Source: Octopus sinensis (lineage: Eukaryota). From it: DNA of 64,000 nucleotides. The stretch covers positions 6,014,001 through 6,078,000 of the forward strand of contig NC_043016.1 of assembly GCF_006345805.1 (NCBI RefSeq). The letters run 5' to 3'. The notes beneath the pieces are model-generated. The model did no database searches, had not been told where the DNA came from, and was given only the letters and a program-made list of their open reading frames with translations. The position numbers and the translations under genes were made by a program. Shown piece after piece: positions 24,131 through 37,498 of this stretch (positions are counted from its first letter, which is position 1; every line of letters starts with the position of its first letter).

Positions 24131-24186
24131 AGAGTATATATATATATGTAGATGTCCGATTGATGTACTTGGTACAGACATGGTTG

Positions 24187-24221
<35 letters not shown>

Positions 24222-24539
24222 AGTAATTTTTATTGACTTTTGTAGGTTTATAATTTTATGAACTGAACTGTGTGTTTTTTTATTATTTTTTATGTATATG
24301 TCTGATTTAAATTTAAATGTGAGTGTGCATATATTTTCCAGTAGGTTAGTTTTGGAACTAGAATCCCAATATGTAGAATAACTGTGTTTGTTAATGTATA
24401 TTGATATATTTTGTTTATTTTGTATTATTGTATTAATGAGTATATATATGTGTGTAGTATTATGAGTGTCTATGCACACGTTTTTATATTATATATTTTT
24501 ATATTTATATGTAAAAAAAAGTTTTTCACACTTATAATA

Positions 24540-24670
24540 AATTAAATTCTCTGAAGAGGCCGTGGGACATCCTTGTTAATGTCTCGTTTATACCTGCCTT
24601 ATATGGCTTATAGGTTAAATGAGGCATACTTGTCCTTACGGCCGAAACAGCTGTCAGATATGATATAATT
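24540..24670 (+). ncRNA. Type I hammerhead ribozyme (Penelope-type, palindromic helix III)
   Basis: tct-CTGAAGA(24551-57)-ggccgt...acggcc-GAAA(24644-47)-cagctg-TC-aga; GUC site, predicted cut after 24655. Confidence 0.8.
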
Positions 24671-24784
24671 ATATATTATATTTTATATTTCTATTTCCTT
24701 GTCTAATTATATTTACAATATATTTTGTATAATGCCTTTGCTGTTATGTAATGGTGTAATAAAGTATTGATTGGGTATCATCGA

Positions 24785-25055
24785 TGGATCGCGGGTTCGA
24801 ATCTCAGACCGGGTGATGTGTGTGTTTATGAGCGAAAACACCTAAGATCCACGCGGCTCCTACAGAAGGTAATGGCGAACTTCTGCTGACTCTTTCGCCA
24901 CAACTTTCTCTCACTCTTTCCTCCTGCATCTTGCAGCTCATCTGTGACGGACCGGCGTCCCGTCCAGGTGGGGAACCTATACGCCAAGGAAACCGGGAAA
25001 CTGGCCCTTATGAGCCAGACATGGCTCGAGAAGGAACAAACAAACAAACAGTGCA
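24785..25055 (+). mobile_element. tRNA-derived SINE related to family C, with a different 3' tail
   Basis: gggttcgaatctcagaccggg...gagcgaaaacacctaag...acaactttctctcactc; (AAAC)n tail. Confidence 0.75.
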
Positions 25056-25149
25056 GACCTTAACAAACGTCGAGTTATGAACCTACAATTATATACCATG
25101 TTATAGCGTAAGCAAAATCCATCTAACGGACATCGCTGGGAGAATTGAC

Positions 25150-26200
25150 AAATACAGGTTTACTCATTACCGATGGATTATACTTAATCTCCATCATATC
25201 TTGATTAATACGATCGGTTATCCCTGAGGTGTTATCATTTCTAGTGTGGGGCTGAGAGGGTGCAACACCATGGTCAAAAGTGTTACGATTACAAATACCA
25301 GAGTCAGATGGGAGGTTTCATAAGCACAATACAACGGCCAAGTTTGCGCCAATTGTAAGCAGCGATTATATATTTTAAATTTGAGTTGTAGAGTGTAAGA
25401 TTTCAAAAGAAGATTTGTTGAAGATTGGGTGGTATTTATGGTGGGATAGGAAATTAGAGCCTTGTTAAAGATTTAACCTGAAGTCAGAATGGAGTACAAA
25501 CCATAAGATACGTTCAATGGACAGCCGAATCATGCCCATTGTTGTAAGAAGAGTATCATTCCTATATAAACCACCTTATTGGCAAAGTAAGTGCTGGTTT
25601 ATTTGAGAGAGAGAAGAAAAGACCAACTGGGTCTGTAACCAGGGCACCGTCTGAGGATCCCATGTCGATATCGAAGAGATCTATAGAGGAATGGGACCAA
25701 TATTCGTTAATAAACGACGAAAGCGTTTTTCTGGCTATTAAAATAATGTCGATATCCGACCGAGAGATGGGAGAAAAACTTTCTCGCGAACATTAAGGTC
25801 TTGTTAACAGAATGGAGGATATGGAAGCGTAATCGTTTGATATATCAAAATGGGGTAAGTTAGTATGAGACTTTTTAGAAAGAGAACGGAATCAGGTGAT
25901 GATATTCCCAGTACTATAGTTCAACTTTACAAATGGTATATACTCCAATCAATAATGCATTTACTAATGCGACACAAACCGGATTTAGTAGGGCAAATAA
26001 GCCTAATGGAGAATCAGGCTTTAAGTCTTTCAGGGTGAAGTGGGAGGTTCGAGACCAGATGTAGGGTTCAGTTCGGTCATGTGGTTCAAGTTCTCCAATC
26101 AAATTACAGTGTTCGTGGTTGGTGTCTTTAAAAATGTTCCGGTCAGTATATTTATAGTTATTTAATTCCTTAGTTACGATCGGGAGGGGAGGTATAAGTA
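25150..26200 (-). mobile_element. Penelope-like element RT/thumb remnant, heavily degenerate
   Basis: HFDISNDYASIS..L...DIDIILIARKTL...LFDIDMGSSDGALVTDPVGL and HKYHPIFNKSSFEI, matching Penelope RT motifs (FDI..FYPSI, LFD+.MGS.D.A, HKY..IFN). Confidence 0.65.
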
Positions 26201-27222
26201 CCTAGTTTTGTCAGGAAAAAGATGCAAGTGCTGGTATTTTTTCATCCTGGAAATAATAATAATCAAGGAGAGACACTTTTGGAAGGAGTTCAAAAATGAT
26301 ACTACACCTCTCTTTAACGATGATCTCAAAATGTATGAGTTCACAGTTGAAACCTAATTCTACCAAATCCACCTTTCATCGAATAACAAATTCAGAAATT
26401 GTAAAAGAAATATCAATTAGTACAATTCTCTATATTCTTTGCATTTAACTACACACACAGTCAAAATTATACTCGTCCCAACACATTCAATAAAGAGTTT
26501 CTGTAACATAGTCAATCTTTCTGAAATTATCGGAAATGTTTTTGTTTGCAGATTAAGATGTGGGCAATCTGGTCTTTCAACAATTCTAACACTATTTTAA
26601 TGCAACAGGGAAAAGCCTGTCCTTTGTTAAATCGTATTACTACAATAAGAAGCCATGCCAACTGGATACTCTAGGAAAATTTATAGCTCTGTTCCCCAAC
26701 ACTAAATATGTTTCAATAACTTCTCATTACAACCACAAGACTCTGAAAACTTTAATTATTTTATAGCCATTTAAATAGGTAAATTCCAGAAATTAATTTT
26801 ACTATTCAACTAATATCTCACTATAATTTATACCCCGTTATTTTGTCTCCCCACCACCTTCTTATATCCTTTCAAGTAGTTGTTTCTCCTGAGCGATTAC
26901 TTATAAATATCCTCTCTGTTCTTTTATAATCTATTGTTGTCTACCTACTTAACTTTATTCTTGGTTGCGACTTAAGTACGTCGCTCTACGGTTGATAGCT
27001 ACTTTGGCTTTGCTTCCTACAATTTTATCAGTGTGTTTTTCTTCTCTTTGTCATATTGTTTTGTATATCAATAGGTATTTTAACTCATTCCAGGATTTAT
27101 AATATCAAACCTCTGATTATTCTAAATCTTGAAACCACTTCAATATGCAACTAAATATTAACTATTTTCAAACAGTTGACTGTTACCATAACAGATACGA
27201 TTTTTTCAGTATAATATAAAGA

Positions 27223-27612
27223 GGCGTAGGCGTGCCTGTGTGATAAGAAGCTTGCTTTCCAACCACATGGTTCTGCGTTCAGTTCCACAGCATGGCTCGT
27301 TGGGCAAGTGTCTTTTATTATAGCGTCGGGCCAACAAAAGCCTTATTTGGTAGACGGAAACTGAAAGAAGCCTTCATATGTGTGTGTGTGTGTGTGTGTG
27401 TGTGTTTCTTTGTGTCTGTGTTTGTCTCCCATTCCATCACCACTTGACAACCGGTGCTGATTTTTTACGCCACGTAACTTAGCAGTCGGCAAAAAAGACC
27501 AAGAGAATTATCACTAGGCTTCAAAAATGTCCTAGGATCGATTTGTTCGACTAAAACCTTCGGGGCGGTGTCCCAGCGTGGCACCAGTCAAATGACTAAA
27601 ACGAATAAAAGC
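27223..27612 (+). mobile_element. SINE family B, full length, degenerate
   Basis: Head ggcgtaggcgtgcctgtgtgataagaagcttgc; core tggtagacggaaactgaaagaagcc. Confidence 0.88.
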
Positions 27613-27731
27613 TAACAGATAACCTTGAATCTAATGCCACCCTACAATATAAAGTTTATAAGTATCTGTGTATGTGATATCAATACAGAAATTCAACTTT
27701 GCCACTGACTTAAAAAAAAAATTACTTGATA

Positions 27732-29274
27732 CGAGGTGGTAACAAAAAGTTCCTGGACTGGTTACGTTTAATAAAAAAAAAATCTTATTTACGTAAGTTT
27801 TAACATAATCTCCTTCGAAATAGCCACCTTGTACAGCAATACACCACTCCCGGAGTTCCTGCCACTTCTGGAATCCGGCCTGGGGGTCGTTTTCCGTAAG
27901 CGAATCGAAGACGTTCTGGGATTCGCTCTGGATCTTGACTACCACTGAGCTGCATTTTCCTCTTGGGGAAGAGATTGGAGTCCGCAGGTACTAAATATGG
28001 CGGCGAGCTGGCAGAAACGTTAGCACGCCGGGCGACATGCTTAGCGGTGTTTCGTCTGCCGTTACGTTCTGAGTTCAAATTCTGCCGAGGTCGACTTTGC
28101 CTTTCATCCTTTCGGGGTCGATTAAATAAGTACCAGTTACGCACTGGAGTCGATGTAATCGACTTAATCCGTTTGTCTGTCCTTGTTTGTCCTCTCTGTG
28201 TTTAGCCCCTTGTGGGTAGTAAAGAAACAGGTACTAAATATGGCTAATAGGGCGGATGCAGAAGCGATACCATGTTGTTTCTTGCGAGAAACTCACGAGT
28301 GGGGAGAGCTCGGTGACGGGGTGCGTTGTCGTCGTGAAGAATCCAATTCTTCGCGCTTCATAGATCCACTCACTTTCGCCGAATGTCTTTCCTCGAACGC
28401 TTCGAAACGTCGCAGTAGAACTCTCAATTGATGCTCTGGCCTGAAGGATAAATTCTCGATACACAATACCGCGGATGTCGAGGAAAAAATTGATGAGCAT
28501 GCTCTTGATTGATTTGCGGCTCTGTCGCGCCTTCTTTGGTCGTGGAAATGAAGGCCTCTTCAATTGTGACGACTATTGCTTCGTCTCAGGGTCGCACCCG
28601 TGGACCAAACTCTCATCACCGGTGATAATCCTCGACATGAAGGATGGATCGTCAGCAGTACGCTGATGGAGATCTTGAAAGATTTCGACACGACGTTCCT
28701 TCTGCTTAGTTATCAGTAGGCAGGGGACAAACCTGGCAGTAACACGCCGCACGTTCAATTCAGACGTTAGGATTGCCTGCACGGGCCCATACGACAGAGA
28801 AGCAACATCAGTAATGTCGTTGGTTGTCCTCCAACGGTTTTCATGCAAAAGCTGATTGAATTTTCTTCACATTTCCCGAAATGACGCTCGTGGCAGGTCT
28901 TCTTGATCGCTCATCGTATTTCAGAGATGTTCGACCCCTTTTGAGCGCCCGGAACCATTCGAAACATTGCGTACAACTCATTGCCTCAACTCTGTTAGCT
29001 TGCCGAAACATGCTTAATGTCTTGTGGCAGACTTCCCATGTTTAACGCAAAATTTTACGTTGGCTCTTTGTTCCTTTCCCTGACAAAATCGCAGACTACA
29101 GCAGACACGTGATCACGAAAACACAAATCTCACAATTTGCGAAGTAAATTCAGCGATATCACACGGCACACTGCCTCATGAAGATAATTGCTAGCCCTCA
29201 CTGAGCACGCAACCGTATGCTGCCATCTGTTGATGCGCTACTGAAATAGTCCAGAACCTTTTGATACCACCTAA
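27732..29274 (-). mobile_element. Full-length mariner DNA transposon with decayed transposase
   Basis: TIRs cgaggtggtaacaaaaagttcctggact / agtccagaaccttttgataccacct; flanking TA at 27730-31 and 29275-76. Peptides EQRANVKFCVKHGK, RRVTARFVP, IITGDES.VHGCDPETKQ, PRPKKARQS..KSMLI.F.DIRG. About 1.3 kb after removing the SINE. Confidence 0.92.
27999..28227 (+). mobile_element. SINE family A inserted in the mariner
   Basis: TSD caggtactaaatat(ggc) at 27985-28001 and 28228-28244. Confidence 0.93.
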
Positions 29275-29279
29275 TATTC

Positions 29280-29960
29280 TTGATTTCGTTCTTCGCCATA
29301 TAAGTACACCATAAATAAACTCTAGTTGAAAGCTAATCTTGAACTGTCTATACATATTATTAATATAGCAATAAATTCCTATCTCCTGAAAAACGCTTAT
29401 GAAGCTCATAAATCAGAAAATAAATGTCAATTATGCAATTAATTATAACACCTTTTAAACTATTGGCTAGTGAAACCATTTTCCAAGTAAGAACATCTGA
29501 ATTATTCTTAATAACACACATGGATGAAAAAAAAATGAATACTGAGGCTTTTGAAGTCAGCGTAGATACAAAACAAATTCTAAGTATACAGAGAACTTTA
29601 CAGAGATGATGGTATTATTATTTCAAGACTTGTAATAAATAAAACATAAGCAAATCCCATCATTAGAACATAACTCAAACTAAAAAGATATACAAGAAAC
29701 GAAATATAATATGGTATAACCCACCTTAAAACCTACGCGTAAAAAGCTCTATAGCTAAACATCATTTAATCTTTTGCAAAAACGCTTTCAGTCCCTTCAC
29801 AAAAACAACACAAATAAAAAATATACAGAACTGCTCTGCAGTCCGTTAATTCTCACAAATAATAGCAACCTGCTCAAGTAGAAACGAGATAAAATCAAAA
29901 CCCACTGCAACAAAATAAATTTATGCTTTCTATGAGAAAAATATCTCAATAACGAAATAG
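29280..29960 (+). mobile_element. Penelope-like element remnant (RT to C-terminus, internally deleted)
   Basis: LYRDDGI at about 29596-29616; KKRNIIWYNPP at about 29693-29725; C-terminal LL..RNEIKS....NKFML-like segment at about 29870-29930. Confidence 0.75.
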
Positions 29961-30214
29961 TTAATTGTATAATAAGTAAGTACTAACCAGGCTGTTCGTG
30001 TCATTTCTAGCCACTCCTATTTCTTTGTCTCCTGTCTCCTTCTTTGTACTCCAAGACTTCAGTTACACAAATAAGGAAACCATATTATCTTTCTGTCTGA
30101 ATACTGAGGGAATTGAAATTCTCTGACATACCAAATCTTACCGACACAACAACAGAAACACGTATCAGCTTTGTATTAATAAATCGTATGAAATTTTATT
30201 CTTTCAACACCAGT

Positions 30215-30570
30215 GATTATGTGGTAGGAAGCTTGCTTCTCAACCACATGGTTCCGGGTTCAGTCCTACTGCGTGGCACCTTGGGAAAGTGTATTCGTCT
30301 ATAACCTCGGGCCTTGTGAGTAAATAGACAGCAATTAAGAGAAGTTCCTCGTATATGTATTCTTTTATTCTTTTACTTGTTTGACTGTGGCCATGGTGGA
30401 GCACCGCCTTTAGTCGAACAAATCGACCCTAAGACAAATTTTTTGTAAGCCCAGTACTTATTCTATCGGCCTCTGTTTTGCCGAACCGCTAAGTTACGGG
30501 GAAGTAAGCACACCAGCATCGGTTGTCAAGCGACGTTGGGGGGAACGAACACAGACACAAATAACAAATA
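30215..30570. mobile_element. Two SINE family B fragments (head on +, 3' part on -)
   Basis: gtggtaggaagcttgcttctcaaccacatggttccgggttcag; ggagcaccgcctttagtcgaacaaatcgacc...gccgaaccgctaagttacgggg. Confidence 0.82.
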
Positions 30571-30635
30571 CGTACGTGTTTAATAGTCTTGTTTTTACAT
30601 ATTTCATGTTGTTTGCACAGTTGGTGACCCATATA

Positions 30636-30678
<43 letters not shown>

Positions 30679-30881
30679 AATAATAATTATTATTATTATA
30701 TTATTATTATTATATTATTATTATTATTATTATATTATTATTATTATTATTTAATTGAACACGATCAAGCGTCATCGCATATCCAATATTTTTGAAAGTG
30801 TTTGGTTGAATATCTGTTATGTGATGACGCTTGATCGCGTACATATTTAATTCTAACACTCTCAAATTTATATCTCGAAAT

Positions 30882-30949
30882 GCTGCACTGAAGATGGGAA
30901 ATAAGTAAGCAAATATTACTTTACTTTAATCTCGAAACGCGTATGTAGC
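30882..30949 (+). ncRNA. Type I hammerhead ribozyme (minimal, palindromic helix III ACGCGT)
   Basis: gctgca-CTGAAGA(30888-94)-t-ggga...tctc-GAAA(30934-37)-cgcg-TA-tgtagc; helix I is 6 bp with one G-U; predicted cut after 30943. Confidence 0.78.
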
Positions 30950-31859
30950 TAATCTAAGTTGTGTGGATTCGTTATTTTCTCTTTTTGCCTACGTAAAAAG
31001 TGTGTTGCTGTCTGGGAGATCTCTTTGGTAGCAGAAAAGGCATTTTAACCCTAAATTTTAACTTTATACAATAATGACATATTGTTTAAAATAGTTTTCG
31101 TAACTAAGTTTTTTATCCCTTTCTTAAAGTGGTCTATCCTCTTAATTTTGGTATTTATATTGGCATTATACAAACAGCCCTTCTAATTACATACCCCTAA
31201 GAAACTGTAATATCATTTATGGATTAACACAAATAACTTTTGAAATCTATATTATATCTCGTAATTTAATATTAGTATATGATTAGCATGTCCTTTTAAC
31301 AACAATTATTCTTTCAACCAATACCAGATTTTAGTCCTGATTAGAGTAAGTTAAATAAGTTAATTAACAATTTTTAGCTCATAAATTATTATGCATTTTC
31401 TATAAATACTTGCTATTAGAGTTAATAAGGTATGGATATTTTATTCCTTTTCCATGATGCTCTACCCTAACTGATCTTTTTTATTATTGCTGTTATTGTT
31501 ATTATATTTTATGGTAGCCTTAACTAAATCTAATCCTTGTACCCCTATTAATTCGTACTCAGCTTATATAAGGTAATACCGGTATGTCGACAATTTAAAA
31601 TAGTTCAATTTAATTAAATCAGTATATAGTTGACATGTTCTTTAACCTTAATTGCTCCCTTATTAAATACCAGTTAAATCCATTTAATCAATCTCCATAG
31701 TAACCATATAACAACTTAATATTTGGATAAGTAATAAATAAATAAATATTAAACTATTTCTTTGCAATTTTCTTTTCCTCCCTCTATTGTGGTAAAAATT
31801 TGGGATATACTCAAAATATTCAAAGAAATCTTATCCTTTTGTTAAAATAGTTAATCCAA

Positions 31860-32540
31860 ACATGGACGAATGACAGGGACCTTCGCTTTGTGGCTGGTGA
31901 CTTCAATAGACATGTTGGACAACATACAGGGGGCTTCCATGGTGTACATGGAGGCTACGGTTTTGGTTCCCGCAACGAGGAGGGAACCAGGCTACTGGAG
32001 TTCTGTGATGCAAATGATCTTATGGTTTGCAATACTAACTTCAGGAAACCAGCCAGTCACCTAGTCACCTACTGATCGGGCTGGCATACTAGCCAAATTG
32101 ACTATATCCTCGCAAGAAAAAGGGAAAGATTGCTGCTTATAAATGACAAAACCTTCCCATGCAAAGAATGTACCACACAACATAGACTGGAAGTTAGTGA
32201 CTTCAGGATCAGGGCTAAGTGGACGCCCAGAAGACGACCAGCAAGGAGAAGAACGGTCTGGAAGCTTAAAGATCTTGCGAATGGACAGAGATTTAGAGAC
32301 ATATTACTCGAAGCCTTTGACGAAATAGAAGGGGCTATAGCTTCACACGATGTAGAAGACATCTGGAGGTTTCCATGGGACAACCTGCTCAGGGTCACTG
32401 ACCAGATCTGTGGATGGTACAAAGTCCCTTCTCGGCCCAAAATAACGTGGTGGTGGAACAATGTTGCTGACAGGGCTATTAGAGAAAAGAAACAGGCTTG
32501 GAAGGACTGGAAGAACGGTGGTAGCAGGGAATTGTACAAA
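31860..32540 (+). mobile_element. RTE LINE fragment (EN C-terminus and linker)
   Basis: VAGDFNRHVG...GYGFGSRNEEGTRLLEFCDANDLMVCNTNFRKP..QIDYIL..TQHRL; TWWWNN..DRAIREKKQAWKDWK. Confidence 0.9.
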
Positions 32541-32544
32541 TTAT

Positions 32545-32742
32545 TCGTTTATAGTGATCAAAAAAGTTCGTGCTGCACATTGGCTCACTCCCGCCATCAA
32601 AGCGAAGTTGTCTGAACAGTTGCACAGTGGGGACCACGCGTCAGGTGTCGAAGAGAACACAAACGCACCAGCCAGTCGAGGGATTGAAACCATGATCTCA
32701 CTGTCATGAGTGCATCACCCAAACACTAGACCATGCGTCCTC
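32545..32742 (-). mobile_element. tRNA-headed SINE, fourth family
   Basis: Minus-strand head ggacgcatggtctagtg (A-box-like) and atggtttcaatccc (B-box-like). Confidence 0.55.
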
Positions 32743-32747
32743 ACTAT

Positions 32748-32954
32748 GTGCGTGCGTGTGTATGTGTGTTTGTGCCTATGTATGTATGTATGTATGTATG
32801 TATGTATGTATGTATGCATGTATGTATGTATGTATACGTATGTATGTATGTATGTATGTATGTATGTATGTATGTATTATGTATGTATGTATGTATGTAT
32901 GTATGCATGCATGCATGTATGTATGTATGTATGCATGTATGTATGTATGTATGC

Positions 32955-32987
<33 letters not shown>

Positions 32988-33472
32988 TGTATGTATGTAT
33001 GTATGCATGTATGTATGTATGCATGTATGTATGTATGCATGTATGTATGTATGTATGTATGTATACGTATGTATGTATGTATGTATGTATGTATGTATGA
33101 ATGTGTGTGTGTGTGTATGTATGTGTGTTTGTATGTATGTATGTATGTATGTATGTATGTATGTATGTATGCATGTATGTATGTATGTATGTATGTTTGT
33201 ATGTATGCATGTATGTGTGTGTGTGTGTGTGTACGTATGTATGTGTGTGTGTGTGTGTATGTATGTATGTTTGTATGTATGCATGTATGTGTGTGTGTGT
33301 ATGTATGTATGTATGTATGTATGTATGTATGTATGTATGCATGTATGTATACGTATGTATGTATGCATGTATGTATGTATGTATGTATGTATGTGTGTAT
33401 GTATGTATGTATGTATGTATGCATGTATGTGTGTGTGTATGCATGTATGTGTGTGTGTGTGTGTACGTATGT

Positions 33473-33512
<40 letters not shown>

Positions 33513-33647
33513 TTGTATGTATCTATGTATGTATGTATGTATGCATGTATGTATGCATGTATGTGTGTGTGTGTATGTTTGTATGTATGTATGCATGTAT
33601 GTATGTATGTATGTATGTATGTATGTATGTATGTTTGTATGTATGCA

Positions 33648-33694
<47 letters not shown>

Positions 33695-33882
33695 TTGTAT
33701 GTATCTATGTATGTATGTATGCATGTATGTATGCATGTATGTGTGTGTGTGTATGTTTGTATGTATGTATGCATGTATGTATGTATGTATGTATGTATGT
33801 ATGTATGTATGTATGTATGTTTGTATGTATGCATGTATGTGTGTGTGTGTGTGTGTGTACGTATGTATGTGTGTGTGTGTGT

Positions 33883-33933
<51 letters not shown>

Positions 33934-33940
33934 TTGTATG
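32748..33940. repeat. ~1.2-kb compound (TATG)n/(TG)n microsatellite
   Basis: Direct reading. Confidence 0.98.
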
Positions 33941-34944
33941 CAACGGTTAGTTCTTCGTTGCAGTCGAGGGTCACCAATTGTAACAGTTGTTGTTAAGATG
34001 TTGGTTGCCAATATGAAGATGGAAGAACAGTGATTGAAGTTGTAAAGAAATATTTATTTACCATTGCTTTGTGTATATCCAAAACCACGACGGGTTGCTA
34101 TGTATAACTAGTAAATGGAAAAGCATGGGCAGTAAAATGAGTTAATTTCGGCCGGTATGTGTGTACATGATTTCCTAGTAGAATATATAGAGGGAGATAT
34201 GGTAATGCTACAGAGAAAAGAAAAGTGTGTCAGTGAAAATGAAAGTGGTGGGACGAAACAACTGCTTCGTTGGTGAGTTACCAAAGTTATACCTTTGTAC
34301 CTTTTCCTTTAGAAACGTTGTTTTGTTCAACCGGTCAGCCAGACCCGGTTCTTACCAACCGACTTTGGCTTACGGAGTTCTTGTTTTTATAACTATCCAA
34401 AACCAGCCAGAAGGATAGACATATTGTTGAGAACAATAGATTTCGTTGGCAGTCTGTTATCTCTATTCTAGCTTTTGGTGAAATAGAAGAGGTTAGAAGA
34501 ATTAAGTGGCAAAGACATTATTCTGTTTAGCGAAGGCATCTGGCAAATGTAACTGCTGTCACTCACAGAAAAATTATTGTATTACCGTGAGAAAAGTGCT
34601 GTTGAACTGTTAAGAGAAATTTAGCTATCGAGGATCGAATCCACACCACGCCCGTATGAACCACTACATGTATATGTATATGTATGTATGTATGTATGGA
34701 TGGATGGATGTATGGATGGATGGATGGATGCATGTATGTATGTAATGTATGTATAGAAGGAGGAACCACATACACGCATACATACACACATACATACATA
34801 TATACATACACACATACATACACACATACATACATATATACATACACACATACGTACTTACACGCATACATACTGGCAGACAGCCTGTCCACGAAATACC
34901 AAGGTTACATGCTGGGATATGCAGAAAAGAATAAGATTAATGTC

Positions 34945-35445
34945 ACCCACACATTTTGGCGGAGGTGGACTGCCCCCACTTTCGGTTTTTTGGATTTTCT
35001 TTTTTCGACTTCGAAGATTCGGATATGCAAAAAAAAAAATCGACATTTCAAAATTTTAACCGAAGATCCACCTTCTAAATACGAATTGCCAAAAAAAGAC
35101 AAAGATGTTTCAATGTCATTTTGTTGTCGTGAGCGTGTGTGTGTGTGAACAAAAAAAAACTCATTTTTACAACCTCTTTTAATTCCAAAAGACTCTCAAC
35201 CACAACATGTTCACTTTCTGTCACAGATGCGCTGACGGAGAGGTGCTTATTTGTTTATATTTTTTAGGAAAATTGAAATTTTACAAAATTTTGAAATGCC
35301 GATTTTTTTTTTTTTATTTTGCAGATACGGAATCTCCGCGGTCGAAAAAGTGGGTTTCTGTAGAAAAAAAATCATAAAAATAAAAAAACCGAAAGGGGAT
35401 GCGGTCCATGTCCTTTACCTCTGGCCACATTTTTCGTTGATGACC
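34945..35445. mobile_element. Foldback/MITE-like element with long degenerate inverted arms
   Basis: ggactgcccccactttcggttttt...atcgacatttcaaaatttt versus aaaattttgaaatgccgatt...aaaaaaccgaaaggggatgcggtcc. Confidence 0.55.
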
Positions 35446-35459
35446 TATAGATATATTCT

Positions 35460-37205
35460 GGTAATGTGACCAACATCAAAAGACATGTTAGAGCTGGTAC
35501 CTTCTCACGGGATATAGAAATAGAGTTTGGGATAGATATGTGTTCAGACATGATAGTCAACCGAGAAAAGCTTGTCTACCAGACAGAGTACATGTGGAAG
35601 CACTCCGTCGGTTCCGACGACGAGGGTTCCGGTTGATCCGAATCAACGAAACAGCCTGCTCGTGAAATTAACGTGTAAGTGGCTGAGCACTCCACAGACA
35701 TGTGTACCCTTAACGTAGTTCTCGGGGATATTCAGCGTGACACAGAGAGTGACAAGGCCGGACCTTTGAAATACAGGTACAATAGAAACAGGAAGTAAGA
35801 GTGAGAGAAAGTTGTGGTGAAAGAGCACAGCATGGATCACCACCATCCCCTGCCGGAGCCTCGTTGAGCTTTAGGTGTTTTCGCTCAATAAACACTCACA
35901 ACGCCCGGTCTGGGAATCGAAACCGCGAGTCCGCTGCCCTAACCACTGGGCCATTGCGCCTCCAGAGTACATGTACGACTTGTCTATCTTTCCTATCTCA
36001 ACTGATGAAAGCTACAATTACCTCGGAATCGGTGAGAATATTGCACACGTTGATGTTGTGACTAAAACCAGGGTACTTCTGTAGACTCCGGAAAATATGG
36101 AACTCAACAAGACCATAGTGTCCAGTCTAATATCCCAAATGTTGGGATTGGTCCCAACATTTGGGATATTAGACTGGACACTCGATGAGATACGCAGCCT
36201 GGACATCAAAACCAGAAAGATACTAACCACCACTGGCAACTTTCACATTAACAACAACACCAATAGGATTTATATGAGACAAAGTGATGGTGATAGAGGC
36301 GTAAGGTGAGTCCAAACAGCCTTTGAATGTTGCATTGTATCACTCATACAAGACTTGCTGAACAGTAAAGAAAGAAATGAGTAAATTCCATGCATACTCA
36401 AAAGTGGGAGCAACAACATCTTCGAAGTTGGAAAAGAACTACTGTGCAGGTAGACTTAGAACACAACAGTCTCACGCGACACAGAGGTGGCTGGACTGCT
36501 GGACTACATAAACTGAAGCCTGGAAGAGAAGCGGGCATCATACCAACAAAAAGCATTGCATGGGTGCATATCCCGTAAGCTAGAGGGCAACAACAGCATT
36601 AACAAAAAGGGTAGCCTATCCTGGACTTGTGATAGATACATTTCAACCCACCTAGAACGACATGCCTTCGCTAACCAGGAACAGGAGACAGATACACTAA
36701 ATACCTGGTAAACAAAGGTGGCAAAGATACCATCAAATCTCCACGTTGTGAAAAAACGGCTCTGCTATAATAGAGTAGTTGATATCACCCACATCATCAG
36801 CAGCTGCCCCAAAATGTCTACGAAATACTACCTGCCCCTGAGGCAAGACATAGTTGCGAAGACTATTTACAATGCTGTCCGCAGGAAGGACAGCCTTAAC
36901 GTATACATCAAAGGCATGTCAGAACCAGCAGGTATTCACTACTTAAAAACAAAACAAGGAATACTGGTGGAACATCCCAATAAAAACATCATTTCGGTGC
37001 AAACATAGCAGACCCGTTAATGATCTGTGAGGAAAAGAACAAAAGTTATGCATTGTCGTAGAGGTCAGCTGTCCTGCAGATGCGAATGTACGATCAAAAG
37101 ACCAAGGAAAAGAGAACATTTATGGCGAATTAATGTGGAACTTACAGCTCTTGTACTCCGATTATAAATTTTCATTTATATCTATCATCATAGGTGCATT
37201 GGACC
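35460..37205 (+). mobile_element. R4/Dong-clade element, 3' half, degenerate
   Basis: FGILDWTLDEIRSLDIKTRKILT...RIYMRQSDGDRG; zinc-knuckle RLCYNRVVDITHIISSCPKMSTKYYLPLRQDIVAK; RLE remnants. Confidence 0.85.
35596..35963 (-). mobile_element. tRNA-derived SINE, family C (ggaggcgcaatggcccagtggttagggc...), full length
   Basis: TSD agagtacatgt at 35585-35595 and 35964-35974; near-identical to 52746-53128. Confidence 0.93.
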
Positions 37206-37246
37206 TAGGGATATAACAGGTGAATATGCATACATATATATAAATG

Positions 37247-37254
<8 letters not shown>

Positions 37255-37277
<23 letters not shown>

Positions 37278-37467
37278 GTATGCATATATGTATATGTAAA
37301 CATATATACACACACACACACATACATACATACATACATACATACATACACACACATACATACATACATACATACATACATACATAGACACATACATACA
37401 TACATACATACATACATACATACATACATACATACATGCATACATACATACATACATACATACATAC

Positions 37468-37498
<31 letters not shown>

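Noticed and set aside
32710-34033. Long ORFs up to 428 aa (MYVC/HTYI repeats)
   Set aside because: Translations of the (TATG)n microsatellite, which lacks stops in several frames; no coding evidence.
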